Assembly: GCA_947629235.1 (NCBI GenBank) | Contig: CANRCX010000001.1 | Location: 46,374 to 110,373, forward strand | Direction: 5' to 3' | Origin: an uncultured Bacilli bacterium | Lineage (GTDB): Bacteria > Bacillota_I > Bacilli_A > RF39 > UBA660 | DNA: 64,000 nucleotides | Shown here: one piece after another, positions 53,561 to 64,000 of the stretch | How the letters are laid out: each line of letters starts with the position of its first letter | Position numbering within the stretch: position 1 is the first letter of the stretch | Translations under genes and position numbers: made by a program | The notes under the pieces: model-generated | The model's input: only the letters and a program-made list of their open reading frames with translations | The model's database searches: none | What the model was told of the DNA's origin: nothing

Positions 53561-53854
53561 ATGGAAGATTGTTGTAATTATAAATTAAAAAGTAGAAGTG
53601 AAGATGAGAAAAAATATTTTAAGACAAGACTTAAAACAATAGAGGGGCAAGTAAGAGGAATATCTAATATGATAGATGAAGATAGATATTGTAATGATAT
53701 ATTAATTCAATTACTTGCGATTAATAAATCTATAAAATGTATTAGCAATGATCTACTTAAGAGTCATATGAATAGTTGTGTTGTTGATAAAATTAAAAAT
53801 AATGATTTATCCGTTATTGATGAAGTAATGGAATTGATTAAAAAATTAGATTAG
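53561..53854 (+). CDS. csoR: Copper-sensing transcriptional repressor CsoR
   Basis: 97 aa. Conserved C-H-C ligand pattern (…RYCNDIL…H…C…). Confidence 0.8.
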   Translation: MEDCCNYKLKSRSEDEKKYFKTRLKTIEGQVRGISNMIDEDRYCNDILIQLLAINKSIKCISNDLLKSHMNSCVVDKIKNNDLSVIDEVMELIKKLD

Positions 53855-53865
53855 GAGATGAAATT

Positions 53866-54075
53866 ATGAAAAAAGTTATTTTAAAAGTAGAAGGAATGAA
53901 ATGTGAAGGATGTAAAAATAGACTTCAAAATTATTTAAATAGTAAAGAAGGAGTAAATGCTCAAGTTGATTTAGAAAATAAAGAAGCAGTAATTGAATAT
54001 GATGATAAATTAGAAATAAAAGATTTAGAAGATTATATTGATGATATGGGATTTAAAAGTTTAGGAAAGAAGTAA
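53866..54075 (+). CDS. copZ: Copper chaperone CopZ (HMA domain)
   Basis: 69 aa with GMKCEGC metal-binding motif. Confidence 0.85.
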   Translation: MKKVILKVEGMKCEGCKNRLQNYLNSKEGVNAQVDLENKEAVIEYDDKLEIKDLEDYIDDMGFKSLGKK

Positions 54076-54076
54076 T

Positions 54077-56275
54077 ATGAAAAAAATAGTTCTTAAAATT
54101 GAAGGTATGAGTTGTAGTGCATGCTCAAATGGACTTGAAAAATATTTAAATAAACAAGATGGAATAATTAGTGCAAATGTTAATTTAGTATCAGCAAGTG
54201 CTTTAATTGAATATGATGATAAATTAAAACTAGAAGACTTAAATAGATTTGTAAGTGAAGCAGGTTTTACTAGTTTAGGTGAATATAAAGTAGAAAAAGA
54301 AGAAAAAAATAATAAAAATAAAATATTATTAATTGTATTTGCATTTTTAATAATATTACTTATGTATGTATCTATGTCACATATGATTGGTCTTGTAGAA
54401 ATACCATTTTTAAGTATGCATAAACATCCTATGAATTATTCAATTTGTTTATTTATTTTAACAATACCATTTCTAATATATGGAATAGATATATTTAGAA
54501 GTGGATATAAAAATTTAATACATAAAACACCTAATATGGATACTTTAGTTACTCTTGGAGTTGCTTGTAGTTTTATATACAGTTTTTATAATTTAATAAT
54601 GGTATTATTAGGTCATTTAGAAAACGTTGGAAACTTATATTTTGAAAGTTCTGCTACTATTATTTTCTTTATTAAACTTGGAAGATTCATAGATAAAAAA
54701 TCTAAAGAGAAAACTAATAGTGCAGTAGAAGGTTTAGTTCAAATAACACCAGAAAGTGCCATTGTTAAAACAAAAGATGGTGAAAAAGAAGTAACAATAG
54801 ATGAAGTTAAAAAAGGAGATATATTAATTTGTAAACCAGGTTCACGTTTTGCAGTAGATGGAACTATTACTAAAGGAGAAAGCCATATTGATGAATCATT
54901 TATAACTGGTGAATCTACTTTAAGTAAAAAGGGTATTAATGATAAAGTAATAGCTGGATCTATAAATATAGATGGATATGTTGAATATAAAGCAGAGAAA
55001 ATAGGTAAAAATTCTACAGTAAGTGAAATGGTAAAATTAGTAGTAGAATCTCAAAATACTAAAGCTAAAATATCACTTTTAGCTGATAAAATATGTGGAT
55101 ATTTTGTTCCATCAATAATTTTAATTGCATTACTTACATTTTTTGGATATTTAGTTTTATCTTATCCATTTAATGAATCATTAACAAGATTTGTATCAGT
55201 TTTAGTAGTTGCATGTCCTTGTGCATTAGGTCTTGCAACACCACTTGCTTGTGTTGTAAGTACAGGTGTGTGTGCTAAAAAAGGAATACTTATTAAATCA
55301 AATGATGTACTTGAAAATGCTTGTAAAATAGATACAGTTGTATTTGATAAAACAGGAACATTAACTTATGGAAAACTTAGAATCTCAAAAATAAAAAATT
55401 ATAGTAAATATAAAGACAAAGAAATAATACAAATAGTAAGTAGTATTGAAAGTAAATCATCTCATCCAATAGCTTTCACTTTTACAAGTTATGCTAAAGA
55501 TAATAATATTGATTTACTTGAAGTTACTGACTTTAAAAATTTAAGTGGAATAGGAATTTATGCTAAAATAAAAAATAAAGAATATTATATTGGAAATAAT
55601 AAATTATTTAAAAAATTTAATAGTGACAATAATTATTCACATGTAGAAGATGAACTTTCTAAAGATGAAAATAGTATAGTTTATGTAATTGAAAATAATA
55701 AAGTAATTGCAATAATTGGTGTAAAAGATGTAGTAAGAGATAACTCAAGAAAAGTAGTTTCAGAACTACAAAAGCTTAAAATTGATGTAATAATGCTTAG
55801 TGGTGATAATGAAAAAACTGCTAATATTATTGCTAAAAGTATTGGTATTAAAAATGTTATATCAAATGTTTTACCAAAAGAAAAAACTGATGTTATAAAA
55901 GACTTAATATCTAAAAATAAAAAAGTTATGATGGTAGGAGATGGAATTAATGATGCTCCTGCACTTGAAAGTGCTACTATTGGAGTTAGTATAAGTAGTG
56001 CTACTGATATAGCAGCTTCATCTTCTTCAGTAATTTTAATAAATGATAATTTAGAAAGAATTGTTGATTTAATAAACATTAGTAAAAAAACATTTAGAAT
56101 AATTAAAGAAAATTTATTCTGGGCATTTATATATAATATTCTTATGATACCAATTGCTATTGGATTACTTAAACCATTTAATCTTACATTAAATCCAATG
56201 TTAGCATCTATCTCTATGACTATTAGTAGTCTTTGTGTAGTATTTAATTCTTTAAGAATAAGAAATATTAAATAA
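54077..56275 (+). CDS. copA: Copper-translocating P1B-type ATPase CopA
   Basis: N-terminal HMA (GMSCSACS). TM CPC motif (VACPCALGLATP). DKTGTLT phosphorylation site. MVGDGINDAP hinge. Confidence 0.9.
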   Translation: MKKIVLKIEGMSCSACSNGLEKYLNKQDGIISANVNLVSASALIEYDDKLKLEDLNRFVSEAGFTSLGEYKVEKEEKNNKNKILLIVFAFLIILLMYVSMSHMIGLVEIPFLSMHKHPMNYSICLFILTIPFLIYGIDIFRSGYKNLIHKTPNMDTLVTLGVACSFIYSFYNLIMVLLGHLENVGNLYFESSATIIFFIKLGRFIDKKSKEKTNSAVEGLVQITPESAIVKTKDGEKEVTIDEVKKGDILICKPGSRFAVDGTITKGESHIDESFITGESTLSKKGINDKVIAGSINIDGYVEYKAEKIGKNSTVSEMVKLVVESQNTKAKISLLADKICGYFVPSIILIALLTFFGYLVLSYPFNESLTRFVSVLVVACPCALGLATPLACVVSTGVCAKKGILIKSNDVLENACKIDTVVFDKTGTLTYGKLRISKIKNYSKYKDKEIIQIVSSIESKSSHPIAFTFTSYAKDNNIDLLEVTDFKNLSGIGIYAKIKNKEYYIGNNKLFKKFNSDNNYSHVEDELSKDENSIVYVIENNKVIAIIGVKDVVRDNSRKVVSELQKLKIDVIMLSGDNEKTANIIAKSIGIKNVISNVLPKEKTDVIKDLISKNKKVMMVGDGINDAPALESATIGVSISSATDIAASSSSVILINDNLERIVDLINISKKTFRIIKENLFWAFIYNILMIPIAIGLLKPFNLTLNPMLASISMTISSLCVVFNSLRIRNIK

Positions 56276-56330
56276 AGTATTGTATTAAATAAATTTTCGT
56301 AATAATATATTTATAGTAGGTGAAGTTAAA

Positions 56331-56978
56331 TTGAGAAGAAGTAGTAAAAAACCAAAGGTAGGATTTTACAATATGTTTTGGTTATTCATATTTGGTAGTG
56401 TATTTGGATGGATTTATGAAGTATTATTTAGTTTACTTGTTCATGGTGTATTCATTAATCATTCAGCACTAGTAATCGGACCATTTAATGTTTGTTATGG
56501 AATTTGTGCTTGTGCATTAACATTCTTATTATATAAATATAAAGATAAAGGAAACATTGCATTATTTTTTATAAGTTTCTTTATAGGATCAGCTCTTGAA
56601 TATATTATGAGTTGGGGAATGGAATTAGTACTTGGTTTTTCTGCATGGGATTATAGTGATATGTTTTTAAATTTAAATGGAAGAGTATGTTTAGTTATGT
56701 CTATATTATGGGGATTTTTAGGTATAGTTTGGATTAAATGTATATATCCATATATAGAAAAAATTATTAATAAAATGAATAAAGATTTAGGAAATAAATT
56801 AATGATTATTTTAATAGTATTCTTAATATTTGATTTAATATTAACAATAACTGCAGTACTTAGAGCTAAAGAATGTGAAAAAGGAATAGAACCAAGTAAT
56901 TTTTATGAAGAATTTTTAGATAATACATTTGATAAAGATTATTTATATAATATGTTTAATAATAGTTGGAGTGAATAA
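56331..56978 (+). CDS. Hypothetical polytopic membrane protein
   Basis: ~200 aa with 5-6 predicted TM helices. Start may be the internal ATG at 56373 (MFWLFIFG…). Ends at the start of the glycosyltransferase gene. Confidence 0.45.
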   Translation: MRRSSKKPKVGFYNMFWLFIFGSVFGWIYEVLFSLLVHGVFINHSALVIGPFNVCYGICACALTFLLYKYKDKGNIALFFISFFIGSALEYIMSWGMELVLGFSAWDYSDMFLNLNGRVCLVMSILWGFLGIVWIKCIYPYIEKIINKMNKDLGNKLMIILIVFLIFDLILTITAVLRAKECEKGIEPSNFYEEFLDNTFDKDYLYNMFNNSWSE

Positions 56979-58057
56979 TGAAAGTATTAGTTTTATCTTG
57001 TAGTACAGGTGGTGGTCATAACTCCTGTGGTAAATATATTAAAGAAGAATTTGAATTAAATAATATTGAATGTGATTTTATAGATTATTTAAGTATTCTT
57101 GGAAATAAATTGTCTAAAAGAATAGAAAAATTATATTTAAAATCAACTAGTGGAAAAGGAAAAATATTTAAAAATGTTTATAAATTAGGAGAAGTATATA
57201 ATAAAACTGGAATAACTAGTCCTGTATATGAATTAAATAAACTTGCTAAAAATAAAATGTTAGAATACATAACTGAAAATAAATATGATTTAGTTATTTG
57301 TTCACATTTATTTCCATCTATGGCAATTACAGCATTAAAAAAAGACGGAAGAGATATAAAACTTATAAATGTAGCAACTGATTATAGAGATATACCTTTT
57401 TGGAATGAAACAACTCCTGATTATTTTGTAATACCACATGAATCATTAAAAAATGAATTTATAGAAAAAGGTACTGATGAAAAAGTATTATTACCACTGG
57501 GTATTCCGGTATCAACAAAATTTCAACAAAAGAAAAGTAATTTATCACTTAAAAAAGATAAACCAAATATATTAGTGACATCAGGTAGTATGGGATTTGG
57601 TAATTTAAAAGAAATAATTAAAAGTCTTTTAGATAATATAGATGCTTATGTAATTGTAATTTGTGGTAGTAATAAAAAATTAGTAAAAGAATTATCAAAT
57701 ATAAAAAATTCAAAATTAACTGTTCTTGGATTTATTGATAATATGAGTGATTATATTAGAGCATGTGATGTTATATTATCAAAACCTGGTGGACTTACAA
57801 GTACAGAAGTAGCTGTTTTAAATAAACCACTTGTACATATGATGCCTATACCTGGAGTAGAAAATCATAATGCAAGTTTCTTTCTTGAAAATAATTTAAG
57901 TTTAGTATCAAATACAATAGATGAAGTAATTACAAATACTAAGAAATTATTAGAAGATGAATCTTTAAGAAATAAAATGATTAAAAGTCAGAAAAAAATA
58001 ATTAATAATAATTCTGCTAGTGATTTAGTAAAATTTGTAAAAGAAAATATAAAATAA
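56978..58057 (+). CDS. Diacylglycerol glycosyltransferase (MGDG-synthase/UgtP-like, GT28)
   Basis: N-terminal LVLSCSTGGGHNSCGKYI matches the MGDG-synthase family G-loop. GT-B C-terminal domain (…SKPGGLTSTE…). Confidence 0.65.
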   Translation: MKVLVLSCSTGGGHNSCGKYIKEEFELNNIECDFIDYLSILGNKLSKRIEKLYLKSTSGKGKIFKNVYKLGEVYNKTGITSPVYELNKLAKNKMLEYITENKYDLVICSHLFPSMAITALKKDGRDIKLINVATDYRDIPFWNETTPDYFVIPHESLKNEFIEKGTDEKVLLPLGIPVSTKFQQKKSNLSLKKDKPNILVTSGSMGFGNLKEIIKSLLDNIDAYVIVICGSNKKLVKELSNIKNSKLTVLGFIDNMSDYIRACDVILSKPGGLTSTEVAVLNKPLVHMMPIPGVENHNASFFLENNLSLVSNTIDEVITNTKKLLEDESLRNKMIKSQKKIINNNSASDLVKFVKENIK

Positions 58058-58204
58058 TAGTTTCATAATAAGTGAAACTATTTTTAATTAAAATTTGTAT
58101 TCTATGTAAAAATATGTTATAATATGCTCGTTTTTTAAAAAATATTTAAAAAAAAGAAGTGTTTTTTAATTTTATATCGTATATATCTATTAGGAGGGCA
58201 AAAA

Positions 58205-59947
58205 ATGGCATTTGTTTCTAAAGAAATAATTGATGAAATTAAATCTCAGAATGATATTGTTGATGTTATTCGTAGTTATATTGATTTAGACGACAAATTA
58301 AAAGGTAAATGTCCTTTTCATCAAGATAATCATCCTTCATTTAGTGTACATAAAGAAAAACAAATTTATAAATGTTTCTCTTGTGGAGAAAGTGGTAATG
58401 TAATAACATTTGTTCAAAAGAAGAATGAAATATCATTTATGGAAGCTGTCAAATTACTTGCTGATAGAGTTGGAATTAAATTAGATATAAGCACTCCTAA
58501 AAAAGTAAATAGTCATTTAGAAAAATATTATGAAATAAATGATACAGTTAATAAATATTTTAAAAATAATTTACTTTCTTCAAAAGGAAAATTCGCGATT
58601 AAATATTTAAGTGATAGAAGTATTGATAAAGATATAATAAATGAATTTTCTATAGGTCTTGCTACTAATGATAATCTTACACAAATATTAGAAAAGAAAT
58701 ATAATGTAAAAGATTTATTAGATATAGATATATCAAGAGGAAGTGATGAAAAACAATTTGATACATTTCAAAATAGAATTATTTTTCCAATAATTGATGA
58801 AAATAATAATGTAGTAGCTTTTAGTGGAAGAAAATATTTAAGTGATGATTTGAAAGATAATACAATATCTAAATATACTAATTCTAAAGAAACAATTATA
58901 TTTAAAAAAAGTAATATTTTATATAATTTAAATAATTCACTTTCAAATATTAAAAAGTCTAAAGAAATAATTATTACTGAAGGATTTATGGATACTATTA
59001 GAATGAGTACTATCGGATATAAAAATGTAGTAGCTTTAATGGGTACTGCATTTACTAAAGAACATTTAGATAAAATTCTTAAATTAAAATGTAGAGTAGT
59101 ATTAAATTTAGATCAAGATAATCCAGGAAAAGAAGCAACAATAAATATAGGAAATGAACTTATAAAACATAATCTTGAAGTAGATGTAATAGTATTTGAT
59201 GATTATAAAGATAGTGATGAATTTATTATTGCAAAAGGAAAAGATGCATTTGATATAGCATATAATAATAGAATATCATTTATAGATTTTAAACTTAATT
59301 ATTTAAAATCTAATAAAAATATGAAAGATTCTAATGAAATAAGTAAATATATAAATGAAGCAATTGAATCTATAAATGAATTAGATGATGATATATTAAA
59401 AGAACTTAAAACTAAAGAGTTATCTTCTGAGTTTGGAATAGATGAATCAATTATTAAAAGTAAACTTAAAAGTAATAGTAATAGTAAAAATGAAGTAAAA
59501 GAAAATAAAGAAATAAAAAACAAAAGATATAATAAATATGATATTAGTGAAATTAGAATATTATATTTAATGTTAAATTATGATGATGTAATATTATATT
59601 TTGAAAATACTTTAGGTTATTTAATACATGATAATATGTCAAAACTAGCATATAAAATAATTGAATTTAGAAATGATTATGGATATTTTGATTATAGTGA
59701 TTTTATTGATTATATAAGTGATAATAATTCATTAAATGAAACATTAAAAGAAATAATGAAATATCCAAATAATGAAAAATATAGTATGAATGAATTAGAT
59801 GAATATATAAATACAATAAAAAAATATACAGTAGAGAAAAGAATAGAATCACTAAAAAAAGAAATGAAAGAAACATTAGATGTTAATAAACAAATAGAAA
59901 TAGCAAAAAAGATTGAAGATATAAAGAAGGAAGTGTTAAAATGGTAA
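58205..59947 (+). CDS. dnaG: DNA primase
   Basis: Zinc-binding domain [13 protein letters not shown]…CFSCGESG. Toprim domain (EGFMD…D.D..G). C-terminal helicase-interaction domain. Confidence 0.9.
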   Translation: MAFVSKEIIDEIKSQNDIVDVIRSYIDLDDKLKGKCPFHQDNHPSFSVHKEKQIYKCFSCGESGNVITFVQKKNEISFMEAVKLLADRVGIKLDISTPKKVNSHLEKYYEINDTVNKYFKNNLLSSKGKFAIKYLSDRSIDKDIINEFSIGLATNDNLTQILEKKYNVKDLLDIDISRGSDEKQFDTFQNRIIFPIIDENNNVVAFSGRKYLSDDLKDNTISKYTNSKETIIFKKSNILYNLNNSLSNIKKSKEIIITEGFMDTIRMSTIGYKNVVALMGTAFTKEHLDKILKLKCRVVLNLDQDNPGKEATINIGNELIKHNLEVDVIVFDDYKDSDEFIIAKGKDAFDIAYNNRISFIDFKLNYLKSNKNMKDSNEISKYINEAIESINELDDDILKELKTKELSSEFGIDESIIKSKLKSNSNSKNEVKENKEIKNKRYNKYDISEIRILYLMLNYDDVILYFENTLGYLIHDNMSKLAYKIIEFRNDYGYFDYSDFIDYISDNNSLNETLKEIMKYPNNEKYSMNELDEYINTIKKYTVEKRIESLKKEMKETLDVNKQIEIAKKIEDIKKEVLKW

Positions 59948-61035
59948 ACAATATTAAAACATTTGAAGAAAGAGTAGATGAATTAGTTAAAGAAGGAAAA
60001 GAACAAGGGTTTTTAACTTATGAACAAATTGCTAAGAAAACAATAGATTTAGAACTTGATGCTAATTCACTTGATATGCTTTATAATACTTTAACTGAAA
60101 ATAACATTGAAGTAAGAGCAGAAGATGAAGATGATGGTGGAAGTGAAATAGATTTAAAAAATGAAATTATTATTGATGATGTACCAGATGAAAGTAAAGA
60201 TATGTCAGTTAATGATAATGTAAGAATGTATTTAAAAGAAATAGGTAAAATATCACTTCTTACTCTTGAAGAAGAACAAGAATTATCTAAAAGAGTAGCT
60301 GAAGGTGATGAACAAGCTAAAAATACATTAGCTGAATCTAACTTACGTTTAGTTGTTAGTATTGCTAAGAGATATGTAGGAAGAGGTCTATTATTTTTAG
60401 ATTTAATACAAGAAGGAAATATTGGACTTATGAAAGCAGTTGAAAAGTTTGACTACGATAAAGGATATAAATTTTCAACATATGCAACTTGGTGGATAAG
60501 ACAAGCAATTACTCGTGCTCTTGCAGATCAAGCAAGAACAATTAGAGTTCCTGTTCATATGGTAGAAACAATAAATAAAATGGCTAGAATTGAAAGACAA
60601 ATGACACTTGAATTAAATAGAGAACCAACTGATCAAGAACTATCTAAAAAAATGAATTTGTCTGTTGATAAAATTGCAGAAATTAGAAAAATAAGTCAAG
60701 ATCCTGTATCACTTGAAACACCAATAGGTGAAGAAGATGATTCACACCTAGGAGACTTCCTTGCAGATGAGCGAACTATGTCACCAGAAGAATTTGCAAC
60801 TTATGAAATACTTAAAGATGAATTAAGAGAAGTATTAGATACATTAACTGTAAGAGAAAAAGAAGTATTAGAACTTAGATTTGGTTTATTTGATGGATCT
60901 AGTCATACATTAGAAGAAGTTGGTAAACAATTTAAAGTTACAAGAGAAAGAATTAGACAAATAGAAGCAAAAGCTCTTAGAAAATTAAGACACCCATCAA
61001 GAGCTAAAAAATTAAAAGATTTCTTAATTGAATAG
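59941..61035 (+). CDS. sigA: RNA polymerase sigma factor SigA (sigma-70)
   Basis: Region 2 (…[19 protein letters not shown]…[12 protein letters not shown]). Region 4 (…[29 protein letters not shown]). Sits in the dnaG-sigA operon. Confidence 0.95.
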   Translation: MVNNIKTFEERVDELVKEGKEQGFLTYEQIAKKTIDLELDANSLDMLYNTLTENNIEVRAEDEDDGGSEIDLKNEIIIDDVPDESKDMSVNDNVRMYLKEIGKISLLTLEEEQELSKRVAEGDEQAKNTLAESNLRLVVSIAKRYVGRGLLFLDLIQEGNIGLMKAVEKFDYDKGYKFSTYATWWIRQAITRALADQARTIRVPVHMVETINKMARIERQMTLELNREPTDQELSKKMNLSVDKIAEIRKISQDPVSLETPIGEEDDSHLGDFLADERTMSPEEFATYEILKDELREVLDTLTVREKEVLELRFGLFDGSSHTLEEVGKQFKVTRERIRQIEAKALRKLRHPSRAKKLKDFLIE

Positions 61036-61648
61036 AATAGAAGCAATTTATTCATTTATAGATTTAAATGATAAAGTTGTTGATGTAGGGTGTGATCAAG
61101 CTAAATTAAGTTTGATGTTATCAAAAAGAAATCAACATTCAATTGCCTGTGATATAAGTATAAATGTAATAAATAAAGCAAAAGAGAATATTAATTCTCC
61201 ATTAATAGATTTAAGAGTTTCTAATGGACTTGAAAATATAAAATATAAAGAAGCAGATACACTCGTATTATCTGGTATGGGAACATATACAATAATAGAT
61301 ATACTAAAAAATACTAATCTAAGATTTAAAAAAATAATAACTATATCTAATAATTATCATGATACTTTAAGAGAAAAATTAAATGAATTAAATTATAAAG
61401 TAGAAGAAGAATTAATAATAAAAGAAAATAACAAATATTATAATTTAATATTGTTTACAGAAGGAAATAGAGAGTATAGTGAAGAAGAATTATTACTTGG
61501 TTTAAATCATAAAGATAAAAGTTTATATAATGAATACTTAAAATATTTATTAAAAAAATATAATGATATTAAAAAACTTTCTAAAAATAAAAATTCTAAA
61601 ATAGATAAAATGATATATTTATTAAATTCTAAAATAGTTTCAAATTGA
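61028..61648 (+). CDS. trmK: tRNA (adenine22-N1)-methyltransferase TrmK-like
   Basis: 206 aa. SAM motif [13 protein letters not shown]. Conserved position after sigA (cf. B. subtilis yqfN). Confidence 0.55.
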   Translation: MNRIEAIYSFIDLNDKVVDVGCDQAKLSLMLSKRNQHSIACDISINVINKAKENINSPLIDLRVSNGLENIKYKEADTLVLSGMGTYTIIDILKNTNLRFKKIITISNNYHDTLREKLNELNYKVEEELIIKENNKYYNLILFTEGNREYSEEELLLGLNHKDKSLYNEYLKYLLKKYNDIKKLSKNKNSKIDKMIYLLNSKIVSN

Positions 61649-61725
61649 AACTGTTTTTTTGATATTTACTTTTTGTAATAAATTTAGTACAATTATAATG
61701 TTAGAATAATAAGGAGTTTTTTTAT

Positions 61726-63561
61726 ATGGGTACTATTCATATTATATTATTGGTTGTTTGTGTTATTATGTTACTTTTAGTATCAATATTTATAAAAAAC
61801 AGATTAAATAAAATTGAAAATGTAGCATATATGTTTTTACTAGTGTTTGCAATTATAGGTTTTGTAATGCAAACTATTACATTTTTACTTATGATTGGAA
61901 ATGTTGAAAATTATATTGAAACTTATAGTATTTTTTCAAAATTACTATATGGGTGTTATGGTGCCTGGATGTTTATGTTTACTATATATTATTTAATAGT
62001 ATCAATTAAAGAAGAAAAAAGAGAAAAAATAGGTGCTTTAATACTTAAGTTTTCATCTATTCTATTATTTGCATTATTTTTAATTTATATAATACTACCT
62101 ATGAATATATTATATAAAGATGGAATGTATATTCCAGTAGGATCACCTATTATATTTATATATATTTCAATAGCTGTTTTTACAATAATTAGTTTAGTTT
62201 TAATAGTTGTAAATAAAAGAAAATTCAAAGATAAAAAATATTGGCCACTTCTTTTTATAATAATGTTTTTTATAATAACTTTAATTGTAAATGATAATTA
62301 TTTTGATTTAACAATTGTTAATCAAAGTGCTATTCTTCTTACATTTATTATGTTCTTTACAATAGAAAATCCAGATGTTAAATTAATAGAAAACTTAAAT
62401 TCAGCTAAAATAGAAGCTGATAGAGCTAATAATGCTAAGAGTGATTTCTTATCAAATATGTCACATGAAATTAGAACACCATTAAATGCTATAGTAAGTT
62501 TTAGTAATGTTATGAAAGATATGGATAATATGCCTGAAGAAGCAAAAGAAGATTTAGAAAATGTCTTAATATCTAGTAATGCTTTATTAGAACTTGTAAA
62601 TGGAATTTTAGATATTAGTAAAATAGAAGCAAATAAATTAGAAATTGTAGAAGGACCATATAAATTTATTGATTTATTTAATCAATTAGTTACTTTATCT
62701 AAAGCAAGATTAAATGGAAAAAATTTAGATTTTAATTATTCTTATGATGATAAAATACCAGAGTATTTATTTGGTGATATGATAAGAGTTAAACAAGTAA
62801 TATTAAATTTACTTACAAATGCAATTAAATATACTCATAATGGATATATAGATTTTAAAATAGATTCATTCTTAAAAAAAGATACAATTAGATTAATAAT
62901 TGTAGTAGAAGATTCTGGTATTGGTATTAAAGCAGAAAATTATAGTAAATTATTTACTAAATTTGAAAGAATTGAAGAAGATGGAAATACACAAATAGAA
63001 GGTACTGGATTAGGACTTGCAATAACAAAAAATTTAGTAGAATTAATGGGTGGTAAAATTGTTGTTAGAAGTACTTATGGAAAAGGAAGTACATTTATAA
63101 TAGCATTAGAACAAAAATTTGTAGATCCAAAAACAATACAACAATTAGAATTAGAAAACAATTCTAAGATTGAAGTAAGTTTAGATACTATTAAGGGTAA
63201 GAGAGTATTAATAGTAGATGATAATAAAATGAATCTTAAAGTTGCTGAAAAACTATTAAAACCTTATGAATTAGCATTAACAATGATAACTTCTGGTAGT
63301 GAATGTATAGAAAAAATTAAAAATAAAGAAGTTTATGATTTAATATTAATGGATGATTTGATGCCTAATATGAGTGGTGGAGAAACATTAAGTAAATTAA
63401 GAGAAATATCTGGATTTAATATTCCAGTTGTAATGTTAACTGCTAATGTTATTGGTAGTAAAAAAGAGATATATTTGAGTCAAGGATTTAGTGATTATTT
63501 AAGCAAACCAATAGAAAGAAATGAATTAGATAGAGTTTTAAAAAAATTTTTAAATAAATAA
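61726..63561 (+). CDS. Hybrid sensor histidine kinase (polytopic sensor + HisKA + HATPase_c + REC)
   Basis: About 6 N-terminal TM helices. H-box MSHEIRTPLNAI. N/G boxes (NLLTNAIKYT, DSGIGI, GTGLGLAI). C-terminal receiver (LIVDDNKMNLKV…DLILMDDLMPNMSG…KP). Confidence 0.8.
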   Translation: MGTIHIILLVVCVIMLLLVSIFIKNRLNKIENVAYMFLLVFAIIGFVMQTITFLLMIGNVENYIETYSIFSKLLYGCYGAWMFMFTIYYLIVSIKEEKREKIGALILKFSSILLFALFLIYIILPMNILYKDGMYIPVGSPIIFIYISIAVFTIISLVLIVVNKRKFKDKKYWPLLFIIMFFIITLIVNDNYFDLTIVNQSAILLTFIMFFTIENPDVKLIENLNSAKIEADRANNAKSDFLSNMSHEIRTPLNAIVSFSNVMKDMDNMPEEAKEDLENVLISSNALLELVNGILDISKIEANKLEIVEGPYKFIDLFNQLVTLSKARLNGKNLDFNYSYDDKIPEYLFGDMIRVKQVILNLLTNAIKYTHNGYIDFKIDSFLKKDTIRLIIVVEDSGIGIKAENYSKLFTKFERIEEDGNTQIEGTGLGLAITKNLVELMGGKIVVRSTYGKGSTFIIALEQKFVDPKTIQQLELENNSKIEVSLDTIKGKRVLIVDDNKMNLKVAEKLLKPYELALTMITSGSECIEKIKNKEVYDLILMDDLMPNMSGGETLSKLREISGFNIPVVMLTANVIGSKKEIYLSQGFSDYLSKPIERNELDRVLKKFLNK

Positions 63562-63607
63562 TTAAAAAATGTGATATAATGAAATTAAGGATAGGAGGAC
63601 GTTTAAT

Positions 63608-64000
63608 ATGAAAGATGTTAATATTCTTACTAGTAATGGTGTTAACATAAAGGGAAGTTTGGAATTATTTGGGGATATGCAGATGTATGATGAGACACTA
63701 AATGATTTCTTAGAGATGGTAAATGAAAAATTATCTAATTTAGAAAGATTTAAAGCTGTAAATGATATGCAAAATTATGCTGTTGAAGTTCATGCTTTAA
63801 AAAGTGATGCTAGATATTTAGGATTTACTACTCTTGGAGATTTAGCTTATGATGGAGAACTTAAAAGTAAAGCAGGAGATATAAATGGAGTTGATGCAGT
63901 ACATCCTAAAATATTAAATGAAGCAAATAAAATGATTAACATTGCTAAAGTATATTTAGGATTAATTCCACCATTAGATACAAATAATGTAGATCAAAGT
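63608..64000 (+). CDS. Hpt-domain phosphotransfer protein (partial, continues past window end)
   Basis: HALKSDARYLGF matches the Hpt H-x-x-K-G/S motif. GGAGG RBS. Follows the hybrid kinase. Confidence 0.5.
   Translation, partial: MKDVNILTSNGVNIKGSLELFGDMQMYDETLNDFLEMVNEKLSNLERFKAVNDMQNYAVEVHALKSDARYLGFTTLGDLAYDGELKSKAGDINGVDAVHPKILNEANKMINIAKVYLGLIPPLDTNNVDQS

Noticed and set aside
1-64000. Search for CRISPR arrays, IS elements, integrases, tRNA/rRNA genes
   Set aside because: No short regularly spaced direct repeats were seen. No transposase or integrase-like ORFs. No tRNA-like cloverleaf or rRNA stretches. The only repeats are the in-frame protein-coding tandem repeats and the duplicated terminator.

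Overview
This is an AT-rich (under ~30% GC by eye), low-GC Firmicutes chromosomal segment using the standard genetic code. A CotD-like spore-coat gene suggests a spore-forming Clostridia-like organism. Core housekeeping genes dominate, in this order: dnaK 3' end, pepF, dnaJ, rplJ (with leader), rplL, a ybxB-like methyltransferase, rpoB, rpoC, ffh, trmL, rnj, cysteine desulfurase with thiI, a Leu T-box leader with leuS, pssA-psd, murT-gatD on the minus strand, an ABC-F ATPase, csoR-copZ-copA, a ugtP-like glycosyltransferase, dnaG, sigA, trmK, and a hybrid histidine kinase. Two accessory insertions stand out. (1) At 13.6-18.5 kb, between rpoC and ffh, sits a 1609-aa single-gene fusion of an Upf1-like SF1 helicase (AAA_11/AAA_12 motifs with a large internal insert) and a C-terminal DUF559/Vsr-like endonuclease fold. 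This is a candidate defence helicase-nuclease. (2) At 23.4-38.9 kb there is a pared-down type VIIb secretion locus (YukD/EsaB ubiquitin-like protein plus EssC FtsK/SpoIIIE ATPase). It is followed by a WXG-containing 205-aa protein, a 147-aa helical protein, and a 2538-aa modular protein. That giant protein has an N-terminal zinc ribbon, a TM anchor, low-complexity and coiled-coil regions, three near-identical ~116-aa tandem repeats, acidic TDHQD repeats and a C-terminal iota/VIP2/C2-type ADP-ribosyltransferase domain (R, STS and ExE motifs all readable). Immediately downstream are a small helical protein and a DraG/ARH-family ADP-ribosylglycohydrolase. Together these suggest a toxin and reversal-immunity arrangement analogous to Tre1/Tri1, here in a Gram-positive T7SS context. 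No CRISPR array, IS element or integrase is visible.
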